Shown: positions 1 through 11,125 of the stretch, piece by piece | Numbering within the stretch: position 1 is the stretch's first letter | Layout: each line of letters begins with the position of its first letter | Assembly (NCBI RefSeq): GCF_006345805.1 | Contig: NC_043020.1 | Coordinates: 30,070,001-30,134,000, forward strand | Length of the DNA: 64,000 nucleotides | Origin: Octopus sinensis | Lineage: Eukaryota | Direction of reading: 5' to 3' | Translations under genes and position numbers: made by a program | Notes under the pieces: generated by a model | Told to the model about the DNA's origin: nothing | Database searches by the model: none | What the model saw: the letters and a program-made list of their open reading frames with translations, nothing else

Positions 1-79
1 ATCACCCAGTTGCAGCCTCGAAATCTCACGTCTCATCACACTGGCTTCATGTACAGAGACCTTGAAAATATTCTCCAAT

Positions 80-1373
80 AATAATAATTCTGTCTACAAA
101 AGGCACAAAGCCCGAAAAAAAATGTTGGGGTGGGTTAAGTCGATTACATCGACCTCAGTACTTGACTGGTACTCAATTTACCAAACCTGAAAGGATGAAA
201 GGCAAAATCGACCTTGGCGGAATTTGCACTCAGAACTCAGACGGACGAAATGCCGCTAAGGATTTTGCCCGGCGTGCTAACGGTTCTGTCAGCAGGTAAA
301 TCGGTTACATCGACCCCAGTTCTTAACTGGTACTTATTTTATTGACATCGAAAGGAGAAAAGGCAAAGTCGGCCTCCGCGGAATTTGAACTCAGAACACA
401 AAGCCAGGTGAAATGCCGTTAAGCGCTTTGTCCGTTGCACCAACGATTCTCTCAGCTCGCCGCTTTCATTAGTTTCAAATGTTACCAAAAAGCTAAAAAT
501 TTCAGGGATGGAGGTAAATCGATTACATCTACCCTAGTACGCAACTGGACTCCGGAAGGATGAAAAACAAAGTCGACCTCAGCGGCATTTGAACTCAGAA
601 CGTAAAAACGTGTTACAAAACCCAATCTGTTGTTTTGTCCCATTCTTTGTGTAGCCCCCTGTGGGTAATAAAGAAATTGGTATTTCGTCTGTCTTTACGT
701 TCTGAGTTCAAATTCCGCCGAGGTCGGCTTTGCTTTTCATCCTTCGGGGCCGATAAATTAAGTACCAGTTGCATACTGGAGTCGTTGTAATCGCCGAACA
801 CCCTCCCACCCAAATTTAAGTCTTGTGCCTAAAATATCATTCAGCGAAATTAATAACGGGCGATTCTACATGAAAAAAGCCGTTGAGGCCCAGAATCCAC
901 CAAACTGCAACGAGGACTCGACCTTGCGGAGGAAACCCTAGCATCAATTGGATTATATTTCTTTATTGCCCACAAGGGGCTAAGCATAGAGGGGATATAC
1001 AAGGACAGACAAAGGGATTAAGTCAATTACATCAACCCTAGTGCGAAACTGGTACTTTATTTAATCGACCCCGAAAGGATGAAAGGCAAAGTCGACCTCG
1101 GCGGAATTTGAACTCAGAACGTAGCGGCAGACGAAATACCTATTTCTTTACTACCCGCAAAGGACTACACACAGAGGGGACAAACAAGGACAGACAAAGG
1201 GATTAAGTCGATTACATCGACCCCAGTGCATAACTGGTACTTATTTAATCGACCCCGAAAGGATGAAAGGCAAAGTCGACCTCGGCGGAATTTGAACTCA
1301 GAACGTAGTGGCAGACGAAATACCGCTAAGCATTTCGCCCGGCGCGCTAACGATTCTGCCAGCTCGCCGCCTT
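80..1373. mobile_element. Cluster of about 6 stacked copies or fragments of a tRNA-derived SINE (here called SINE-A), mostly on the minus strand
   Basis: Repeated body GGCGAGCTGGCAGAATCGTTAGC..GCCGGGCGAAATGC..GTTCTGAGTTCAAATTCCGCCGAGGTCGACTTTGCCTTTCATCCTTTCGGGGTCGAT..AAGTACCAG with A-box (TGGCAGAATCG) and B-box (GTTCAAATTC). Copies at about 115-293(-), 294-465(-), 500-610(-), 615-830(+), 950-1140(-) and 1141-1373(-). Confidence 0.9.
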
Positions 1374-1394
1374 ATATTAATCCCACTTGGATTA

Positions 1395-1770
1395 ATTAGC
1401 AAAAAGGCATTTCATCGTATTCTGCATTCTTGGATATTTCGGTGGCACAGCACCGTCTGGAGAGCCTCCGCATAAATAAATCAAACTTCATTATTAACCG
1501 AGTGCATAAAGAGTTCAATGCTATGAAGGAAGTCATCGATATCTTTCTAAAGCAAAGAGAGATGAGGAATAAAACCAACTCCGTGTTTATGAGAAGATGA
1601 ATCTTGGAAGGAGATTCGTTGCTTCTCTCGACTCTTCTGCTTAATTCTGACCCCGTTCACAAATCTGTGGATTAAAAGCCATTAGTGGCTATAAGCATCT
1701 CGGATTATTTATAAGCCATCTCCTATCTATGGACAATTGTAAAATATTTACAAGAGACAACAGCCTGTCG
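1395..1770 (+). pseudogene. Degraded R4/Dong-clade non-LTR RT fragment
   Basis: Manual translation gives KKAFHRILHSWI (like KKAFDSVPHSWI), an EGDS motif (like QGDS) and ISHLLSMDNCKIF (like ISHLLYMDDLKLF). It matches the better-preserved copy at 58110-59700. Confidence 0.65.
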
Positions 1771-1789
1771 GAAAATCGACAGAAAATTG

Positions 1790-2562
1790 TTAGCGCGGCT
1801 GTGTGGTAAAAAAATTTGTTTTCCAACCACATAGTTCCGGGTTCAATTCCTCTGTGAGTCACCTTGGGCAAGTGTGACCTATTTTAGTCTCGGGTCGACC
1901 AAAGTCAAGCGAGTAAATTTGGTAGACGAAACCTGAAAGACGCTCGTCGTTTATGTATGTATGTATGTATGTATGTATGTATGCATGTATGTATGTATGC
2001 ATGTATGTATGTGTGTACGTATGTATGTATGTATGTATGTATGTATGTATGTATGTATGTATGTATGTGTGTATGTATGTATGTGTGTATGTATATATGT
2101 ATGTATGTATGCATGTATGCATGTATGTATGTATGTGTGTAGGTATGTATGTATGTATGTATGTGTGTATGTATGTATGTATTATGTATGTATGTATGTA
2201 TTATGTATGTGTGTATGTATGTATGTATGTACGTACGTACGTACGTATGTATGTATGTATGTATGTATGTATGTATGTATGTGTGTATGTATGTATGTAT
2301 TATGTATGTGTGTATGTATGTATGTATTATGTATGTATGTATGTCTTTGTGCTTGTATTTATCTCTACCACCTCTCGACAACTGGTATTGGTTTGTTTAC
2401 GTTCACGTAACTAAGTGGTTCGTCATAAGACTAATATAATATAAATACCAGGCTTTAAAAGATTAGTACAGGGAACGATTCATTCGATTAAAAACCCTTC
2501 AAGGCGCTGCTCCAGTATGGCCGCAATCCAATGAGCGAAAAAGAGCGAAAGGTAAAAGGTAA
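1790..2562 (+). mobile_element. SINE-B (tRNA head, CORE-like central domain) with about 390 bp of internal (TATG)n
   Basis: Head GGCTGTGTGGT..GGGTTCAATTCC, core CACCTTGGGCAAGTG, (TATG)n at 1953-2343, tail GCTGCTCCAGTATGGCCGCA..GAAAGGTAAAAG. Confidence 0.85.
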
Positions 2563-2589
2563 ATCTAACTTAGGAATGCAAGTAATTAT

Positions 2590-2975
2590 GGGACAAGAAA
2601 ACTGTGCCAAAGACTGTGAGAGGCAGAGGTGTATAAAGTGGGACGATTAAATCAGATGCTGATAGTGAAATCGGAGAATTAGACTCAACTCCACATTTGT
2701 GGATGACAAAAGTGATAAGATACAACAGACGGAAATTAAAAAGAAACTTATGAACGAAGAACTGTTGAAGGACCAGACGAATACCGAAAGCCTGAGCTCA
2801 ACGCTGGAAATCAGATAAGAGATATAAATAGACTGATTAACCGTTCCAGTTGTAAACCGTTGCTCTAAAGAAATTAGACATCTTTCTGAAAGCACAGCCA
2901 CAGAAGTGATGTAGATGGAATATAACTGCTCTGCACAGAAGAGGAGGGGCCCTGATACAAAACGAGGAAAGTGGG
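2590..2975 (+). pseudogene. R4/Dong post-RT fragment, probably the continuation of 1395-1770 split by the SINE-B insertion
   Basis: Translates to PELNAGNQIRDIN and HRSDVDGI, resembling SELNARNKVLAIN and HPKSDVDRLY of R4/Dong ORFs. Confidence 0.55.
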
Positions 2976-3044
2976 ACAATGTCTAAAGAGGTACGGAGGT
3001 AAAAATGTGTTTCTCTCTGCATAATAAATTTTATGATTTTCTTT

Positions 3045-3246
3045 TTACTTGTTTCAGCCATTTGGATTGCGGCCACTCTGGGGCACCCCCTTGAAGAATT
3101 TTTAGTGGAACTAATCAAGTGCAGTACTTTTTTTTAACGCCTAGTACTAGTTCTATCGTGTCTTTTGCCGAACTGCTAAGTTGCGGGTTGTCAGTAGGTG
3201 AAGGGGACGCACACATAAACACACACACACGCACACACACACACAC

Positions 3247-3282
<36 letters not shown>

Positions 3283-3500
3283 CACACACACGCACACACA
3301 CAAACACACACACGCACACACACACACACACTTGTATGTATATGTGTTTATACGACGGGCTTCTTTTTGTTTCTGTCTACCGAATCAACTGACAAGGTTT
3401 TGCTCAGCCTAAGGCTATGCTTGAGGACACTTGCCCAAGGTACCATGCAGTGGAATTGAATCAGGGGCCATGTAGTCGGGAAATAAACTTTTGACCCCAC
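3045..3500 (-). mobile_element. SINE-B with internal (CA)n
   Basis: Reverse-complement tail CTTGTTTCAGCCATTTG, (CA)n at 3225-3330, core ACACTTGCCCAAGGTACC. Confidence 0.85.
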
Positions 3501-4199
3501 ATCAATGCAAGGAAACCACGAAGTAGAAACTTTAAACGAACAACTTCAAAGAAAGACATGATAAACGATTTTAAAAAATACTAAAAAAAAGAAAAAAAAC
3601 AACGAAAGATTAAATCAAAACGAGGAAATAGAATGAAGAACTTGCAATAATGGTAAACTGGGTTAGAACTCACCCCGACCCCGACCCAGTTCTACATTCT
3701 CAACAGACAATGTTGCACGTCAGGAATACGGAGATGCACTTGGTGGTGTTAAAGGAAATCGCATGAAACTGGTTGGGGAAAAATAACAACTAGTGAGTGA
3801 ATTTGGTCGAGAGACTGTGCGGAAGCCTGCTTTATGTATGTATATATGTACGTATGTATGTATGTTCTCTTCTGTTTTTAATTATTTAAATTCTTACTCT
3901 GGGGAAGGAACTGGTTTCTAACAAAGATACAAAGCTCCATCTTTGGAATGTAGATAACAAAAACTGTTTACATTTTAAACCTGAGAAAAGTCTTGCATAT
4001 TTTCACTGTTCCGCTTAGAAATTGTATTAATTATGTGAAAGTTAGATTAATGACTTATTTTTCTGAAAACTTTAGCTTATCCAGATTATTATCAAATATG
4101 ATTGTGACTAGAGAAATTTAATAAAAGTATTATAAGAAATGGTAGATTAATTTAAAGTAATAACAAGGAATTAGATACAAACTATACGAAAACCAAAGA

Positions 4200-4470
4200 A
4201 TTTGTTCAGAACCACAATTTAAAAGTTATGAGTAGATGAGAATGAAGAGGCATGAAGGAGAAAGAAATGAAGGAGAAATTTAGGAAGAAATACCCGAGAA
4301 GAATGAGACTAATATTAAAGTTGAAGTCAATGCTAGAAATAAGATGATAAATATTAATGCCTAAGCTGTCTCTCGTGTAAGCTACAGCTTTAACGCAAGA
4401 AACTGGAAGTGAAATCAATAAAGGAGCTTAGAGAGAAAAATCCAGGCAACTACTAACAGCGTTCCGAAGC
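4200..4470 (+). pseudogene. R4/Dong fragment
   Basis: Reads EMKEKFRKKYPRRMRLILK followed by VNARNKMININA*AVSRVSYSF, homologous to MKEKIRKKCYRKVRAVLKSELNARNKVLAINSLAVTAVIYSF at 58640-58963. Confidence 0.65.
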
Positions 4471-5239
4471 TGTTAGAAGTTTCCCGGTTAAAAGTACAAT
4501 ATTCTTCTCCACATTCGGAAACTGAAATAGTTGCATACAAGAAGCCTCCACGTTGACATTGGCCAAGAAATAGCAGTCGAATTCCCCATGTATAATGTCG
4601 TCTTGGAAAGGGAATGGATCCACAGGGTGATGTAGCCTTGCGTATGTCTAAAACAATGGGAGTATCACGGTTAGAGTCATTTTAATTATACGTGTGTTCA
4701 ATTAGAGAAACTAATTAATGTAATATGAGAGGGTAAATAAAACCCGGTTTACCTGGCAACAAAATACAAACAAAAATAAAAATGGTAACATTAAAATCTT
4801 TAATATCTGTGTAAAAAGTAAGCAACGTTTTGAACCATGAAGAATTTGTACCGGTTTTTGCAGATTTTTGCAATTTTTTAAACATTTTTTTGCAATTGTC
4901 TGATAATACAGACATAGACTTGCTCAAATGCATCAATAAATTAACATTAATATTTTTTTTTCACAGTAGTTACGATCATCTGTTTTTCTGGATATTGAAT
5001 AACGTTTAGAGACCTGGAGGTGAGTTTAAATAATTGTTGCCTGTTGCAGGATTCCTTGTTGTTGTTTTATTGTTGTAACCGTTGAGTTGTTAATTAACGG
5101 CTTGTAATATTGTTGTTGTAATATTGTTGTTGTTATCCTTCCCCCACGGGGGAAGGATAACAACAACAATATTTGTTTACCTCCTTGTGGAGGATTGATT
5201 GAAAAGTATGTATGTGTGTGAATATTTGTGCCACATATC

Positions 5240-5585
5240 TGTGTGCTGGGTCGAGGCTTAGTAGTTGGGTTTTTGGGCTCACAGTCGCAGGGTCGCGAGT
5301 TCAGTTCCCGGCGACGCGTTGTGTCCTTGAGCAAGACTCTTTATTTCGCGTTACTCCGTTCCACTCAGCTGGCAGGGGTGAGTGATACCTGTACTTCAGC
5401 GGGTCAGCTTTGTCACACTCTGTGACACGCTGGGTCTCCCTGAGATCTACGTTAAGGGTACATGTGTCTGTGGAGTGCTCACCTTCTTGCACGTTAATTT
5501 ACAATTAATTTCAGCGGATTGCATATTAATTTCCTCTCGATCCGATCAAGTGGAACTCTCATTGTCATAACAGATGGCGTATCAG
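5240..5585 (+). mobile_element. SINE-C (tRNA-derived), diverged copy
   Basis: tRNA-like head GGGTCGCGAGTTCAGTTCCCGG. The tail CTACGTTAAGGGTACATGTGTCTGTGGAGTGCTC is shared with 18154-18538. Confidence 0.75.
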
Positions 5586-5739
5586 CTAGTTCTATGCATT
5601 CTTTCCCTTTTCTCTTCATCCTTCACTTACTTCTCCATTCTAACATAAATTCCTGGTCCTGAATTTGCGATTATATTCTTGCTCTGATCAAAAAAGTATC
5701 GGTACCGATGCTATAAAACGAAAATTACAACACATCTCA

Positions 5740-6050
5740 ATTCAGCGTTGAACCTCTCTTGAAGTGGTCCCCTTCTTGAAGTGACACACTTTATCCAACC
5801 TCGTTTCCATTGCTGGAAGCATTCCTATAATTCCTTTTTGGGGGACAGCGACCAGCTGCCTTGTCGCATTTTCTTGGATTTCCTCGGTGTCTTGAAATCT
5901 TTTTTCCTTTCAAGCCTTCATTTGCGTATCACAGCCACACCTGTAATGATTGTTTTCAAAACATTTACGTCTTCCTTGACTCAATCAAGGAAATTCTGGA
6001 CGGTTGAAACCTGATCTTCATCTTGTGAGGTCCATACTCAACCACTCAGT
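5740..6050 (-). pseudogene. Internally deleted mariner transposase remnant
   Basis: Minus strand reads VKEDVNVLKTIITG, then LKGKRFQDTEEIQENATRQLVAVP and CFQQWKRGWIKCV, typical mariner catalytic and C-terminal motifs. Confidence 0.7.
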
Positions 6051-6095
6051 GCAGACGTTCCGCAATACATACAAAAAGCAATGTTAGAAATTATT

Positions 6096-6520
6096 AAGTA
6101 GGTGAACTGGCAGAAACGTTAGCGCCCCGGGCGAAATGCGTAGCCGTATTTCGTCTGTCGTTACGTTGTGAGTTCAAATTCCACCGAGGTCAACTTTGCC
6201 TTTCATCCTTTCGGGCTCGATTAAATAAGTACCAGTTACGCACTGGGGTCGATATAATCGACTTAATCCGTTTGTCTGTCCTTGTTTGTCCTCTCTGTGT
6301 TTAGCCCCCTGTGGGCAATAAAGAAATAAGAAACGTTAGGATGCCGGGCGAAATGCTTAGCGATATTTCGTCTGTCTTTACTTTCTGAGCTCAAATTCTG
6401 CCGAGGTCGACTTTGCCTTTCATCCTTTCGAGGTCGATAAATTAAGTACCAGTTGCGTACGGAGGTCGATCTAATCGACTGCTCCCCTCCCCCTCGGGCC
6501 TTGTGCCTAGGGTAGAAAAG
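6096..6520 (+). mobile_element. SINE-A dimer (first body with tail type i, second with tail type ii) flanked by a 16-bp direct repeat
   Basis: AATGTTAGAAATTATT at 6080-6095 and 6521-6536. One head is followed by two bodies joined at AATAAAGAAATA|AGAAACGTTAG (6328/6329). Confidence 0.85.
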
Positions 6521-7597
6521 AATGTTAGAAATTATTGTGAGAAATAAGGAAAAGAAATCTAGAAAAGAAAAGAAAAGTAATTATTATTAGAATTCATAGG
6601 AGAGAAGGAAAGGGGGAAACGAAGCGAAAGAAAGAAAATAAAAAAGACAAGAATAAAGCGAACAGAGAATGCAGTCAATCGGACGCGTCCACACCTGTTG
6701 GGGGAAACATGGTAAAGGTGGTTTCGCCCAGTTTCTACTTCTCATAATGACTATAATTCCCAAAATCTTTCATCTCTTGTATAAATGATATCATAATCAT
6801 ATTAATTTCTGAGGATGAAACTTTCTTCTGCAGTACAAAAGCTTACTCTATATCCATTTTTATAATCTTTTTTCCTGTGGATTATTTGAAGCTTTTCTTT
6901 TGCTGTCCAAATACAGTCGGTTAAATTTGTTGTTTTTGCCATTCTGTCTAAAAGAGGAAGTTTGGTTGTACAACCTTCGGAATACAGAATTTTCTCTTTT
7001 TGTAACCTTTGCTCAATAAATGACAAGTTCTGCGTTGCAGGACATTTAGCAAACTGGCGTTGGTATTTCTAAATGAGCAAATGACTTCAGTTTTTGTGCC
7101 ATGTGCGTGAGATTATGTTCCTCATGCTTGTGGCGCAGCTGTAACGTCGTTTAAAGACTATCTTAATATATTTGTGATCGGTGGGAATTGCTTGTCCATT
7201 AAGGTTATATAACGGTTTGAGTTATTAAACATTAAGTGAAAAGATGTGTATGAACCATAGAATTTGTAGCAGATTTTCTTTGTTGCATCACATGAAGACA
7301 ATATTATCCTTGAATCCGCCACCTAGTAATGTCTAAAATACATACCTAGTGGGTTCATTTGATAAGTATTATAGATGTCTAAGTTCTCCAGCGAAAGTGC
7401 AGTATTTCAATGATGCTTAGTTTTAAAGATATTAAAAGAATTAACGGTGGGGAGTGGGGTCGCCAAAATAATTTTGTTAAAAAATGTGTCATGTAGGCAT
7501 GAAATCATGGTTAAGACATTTCCTTTCAGATACACGGCAACTGTCCGGAAACCTTTCATGTTTTTATGCATATATGATGTATGCATGTATAAATGTC

Positions 7598-7660
<63 letters not shown>

Positions 7661-8049
7661 AGTATGTGTGTGTATGTATGTATGTATATAATTTTGCAAG
7701 GAAAAGTTTGACAGCGGCTTCAGAGTTTCAGGTTTAGTAAGCCGAACCTTCGAAATCACTATTGAATGATCCTTCAATGTAATATTGAATTTTTCTAAAT
7801 ATGACTTCGTATTTAAAAAAAAAACCCTGTCTTTAAGTGTTCTCATGGAAACAAACAATTACAACTTCTGGTATGACGACAATGGAAGCTTTTGATTGGC
7901 TACAATTACATAGTTTTAAGAATTTCTACTTTTGGATTATTAATTTTAAGAGAAAATGAATGGGTTTTCGCCATTAGTATGCAAATCAACAGCAATGATT
8001 TAAAAAAAAATTCTGACATTTGGAAGCAATTTAAAAGGGTCCGTGAGGT

Positions 8050-8260
8050 TTCTTCGGACTCTACTTTGCATTTCATTCTTTCAAGGTCGATAGAATAGGT
8101 TCCAGTTGCGTACTGGGGTCGATGTAATCAACAAGCCCCCTCACCCAAAATGTCAGATCTAGATACATGCCTAGAGTCGAAAGAATTATTACTAAGGTGG
8201 CTGAATCGTTAGAGCGTCGGACAAAATGTCTTGTGATACTTGTTCCGCGACCCACTTCCC
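8050..8260 (+). mobile_element. Diverged SINE-A fragments
   Basis: ACTTTGCATTTCATTCTTTCAAGGTCGATAG..CCAGTTGCGTACTGGGGTCGATGTAATC with tail type ii, followed by a second head. Confidence 0.7.
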
Positions 8261-8461
8261 CTTTTGTCCCTAGTCAAGTTCTAGGTTCGACTGTATCGAC
8301 CAATCCTAACCTTTCCCTTGAGCCTAATCAGAAACCGTCCTTACTCGGTCGGTGGCCACTCTTCCGCACTCTTTGTATCTTAAAAACTACTTCAGTCTGT
8401 ACCAAGTAACTCGATACAAAGAGTTTTTCTTTAGCAGAAACACTTCTTGTTGAACCAAAAT

Positions 8462-8534
8462 AATTCTTTTGTTTGTATCTAAATAACCCTTTTCTTATTG
8501 CTAGAAAAGGGTTATTTAGATATGGCAAAGAATT
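8462..8534. repeat. Hairpin with a perfect 20-bp stem
   Basis: TATCTAAATAACCCTTTTCT (8476-8495) is the exact reverse complement of 8503-8522, with a 7-nt loop and imperfect outer pairing AATTCTTT/AAAGAATT. Confidence 0.9.
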
Positions 8535-8807
8535 TCTATTGTCCAAATCCACACACACACACACACACACCAATGTGTTTATATACCACATTAAAAAGTA
8601 ACTATATTGAATATTTATATGTTTTAATAACGTTTTGACCGAGCTCCATATGACTTCAAGCTTGAAGAGCTCGTAGGACGAACCCATCTCATCAGATATT
8701 TGGAGAGGATTTGTGGTGAGTGAGGTTCCTTCTTACGAGCAGACGAAGTCATGCGGAGTTGAGTCAGACTGTTATTAAATAACATACATATATGTGTATA
8801 TATATAT

Positions 8808-8923
8808 ATCGAAATCTGCGATGAGGGATCAGTTTCTGACTGAAGAATGAAGGCTTTGAATGACCCGTTTGTTTTTTTGTTCGTCCCTTCGTGTATTTCA
8901 CGTTATTTATTTATGTAAAGGTT

Positions 8924-8930
<7 letters not shown>
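8808..8930 (+). mobile_element. Short dispersed repeat between (TA)n runs, homologous to 56040-56360(-); possibly a PLE terminus
   Basis: Shared motif TGACTGAAGA.T.AAGGCTT.GAATGACCCGT. The PLE assignment is inferred only from the (TA)n context. Confidence 0.45.
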
Positions 8931-8976
<46 letters not shown>

Positions 8977-8978
8977 AT

Positions 8979-9015
<37 letters not shown>

Positions 9016-9650
9016 ATATATAAATGTATTGAGTGCTACTCTCTTTCGTTTGCGCACTCACTCGAATGTGTGTATGCGTGTTTATATTCATATATATATA
9101 TTGGAACTGGATCTCGAAGCACATAGAAAGCTTTAAATAATAACACATGTATTGTGTGTGTGTGTGCGCGTGCGTGTTTAATAAGACATACAGTTTCTTG
9201 ATAATGTCGATTCTCATTTTTTTTTTTGTCTGTTAACCGAAAACCCGATTCTTCGGTAATGGATCTTCACAATGCATCTTGAAGGAAACCGTCCAAGAGT
9301 TGCCATTATTGATTTCCTTGTCGTTTCCACACAATGCTCACAGATTCTCAACAGACTCTCCATTGTGGTGAGGCCAGGATAGTATCGGGCTTGTTGTTGT
9401 CGTTGTTGTTGTTGTTGTTCAATACTAGGTCGTCCCTGATTGAACGAAGATATAATTACAAACGGCACTCCAGCCGTGATTATCACCACTTCTGTTTTCT
9501 GAACCATCCAGAGCTTCATCATCTCAGGTGTTCTGGGTTGTTTGTTTTTTTTTTTGTTTTTTTGTTGTCTTCTCTTTTGCTTTTTGTTTTATTTTTCTTT
9601 GAAGACCACGTCTGATCTGAAGTTATGCAACAGCAGTAACATCATCTTCA

Positions 9651-9653
<3 letters not shown>

Positions 9654-9695
<42 letters not shown>

Positions 9696-9702
9696 CACCA
9701 CC

Positions 9703-9752
<50 letters not shown>

Positions 9753-9777
9753 CACAGCTGCTGCTGCTGCTACTGCT
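9654..9777. repeat. Compound (CTA)n/(CCA)n/(CTG)n microsatellite
   Basis: Direct inspection. Confidence 0.95.
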
Positions 9778-9959
9778 ATTATGAGGTCGGTGATGAACCA
9801 ACCAGAGAACGTGCTGTATGGAAACAACCAAATATCTTTAAAAAGACTCGACACTTCCATCAATGCTGTTCGGGATATCATGAAATAATTAGGTTCTTTG
9901 AATATATACACTGACAGCTAAAATAAAATCTGTAGGTATTTCTATAATATCTACATCTA

Positions 9960-9994
<35 letters not shown>

Positions 9995-11125
9995 GTCGAA
10001 ACACAATGGGTGGTCTCTGCCATCTGCTTTGAAATGTCAGAGACAATGTCAGAGACAAACATCCTGGAAATCGCGGTTCTAGGAGAGAAAGACTATGTGG
10101 GCAAATCAATCGAATTCCTGCTTCAATTGGATGAAGCAGCAAGAGAGAAGATACCCACCGCTATAGAACTGCCAGGAGGCTACAAACTCTATATAGTGGT
10201 AGAGGGCAGGCGACCACGCTGCTATTTGTGTGGAAGCGAAACACACTTGAAAAAGACGTGCCAACCACTGCACACCAAGAGCAACAACAACAACCACTAC
10301 CACAACCAAAGCACTCCGGAAAAAAAGCTCTACTACCACACCACCATCAACACAGAAGACGACAAGAGAAGCACACCAAGCTAATCCGTCATCAACCAAA
10401 AACCACTCGACACCTGGAAAAATACCAACACTACCATCAACAGCAAAACCCAAAGGAACAGAAAAACAAAGAAAACACACACAACTGATCCCCCATCCCT
10501 TATACCGCACTCAACACACACAAACACTCAACAACCAACAACAACGAAAACAACAACACAACCACTTACACAGACATACATAGAAACCCACAACATACCC
10601 CTACCCCCTTCTGATTCCTCAGAAATTTCGTCGGAAGACGAAACCAGTGAGGAATGGCAAATAGCTACAAAAAGAAGGAAAATAAAGAGCAGAAACACAA
10701 CCAAACCAAATGCAAACACGAACAAAGCAGGGGGAAATACATCTCCCGAAGACATTTCAAAACCCAACGCAAACAACAGCCACACCAACACCACAAAAAC
10801 ATATACAGCAAACATGCTCACAGCCATAGACACCAAAAACACAAATTTGATGGAATACATCCAATCAAAAACAAACATAACAGAAGATGACATAAAAACA
10901 AACAACCACCCATACACAACACCACCAGACCACATCAAAATAATACACATCTCCAAAAGTCTGCACCACACACTCAAAGGCATTTTCCCCAGTGCGGTTG
11001 GTAAATGCAAAAATATCTCACAAAGAAACTGTACTGGGATCTTCTCGAGGACAAACCAACGGAGGAGAAAGCAAAAACTTTCGAGCATAAGTAACCCTCT
11101 GTATTCTAATTCATTAGAACTATGA
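9995..11125 (+). pseudogene. Tx1 ORF1 remnant (gag-like, zinc knuckle), frameshifted
   Basis: EGRRPRCYLCGSETHLKKTC is C-X2-C-X4-H-X4-C. It is followed by a long A/C-rich low-complexity region. The last ORF piece ends at TGA 11123-11125. Confidence 0.8.

Noticed and set aside
1859-2439. Long ORFs such as [30 protein letters not shown] and poly-L/V/S across the window
   Set aside because: They are translations of (TATG)n, (ATCT)n, (TA)n, (CA)n and trinucleotide repeats that lack stops, not genes.
6640-7110. Possible LINE C-terminal remnant on the minus strand
   Set aside because: Only isolated residues resemble zf-RVT regions; no convincing motif chain.
8826-8870. CTGAAGA..GAATGACCCGT here and at about 56085-56125(-) as hammerheads
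   Set aside because: Both copies lack GAAA and the A15.1-U16.1 pair, and stem II does not form convincingly.
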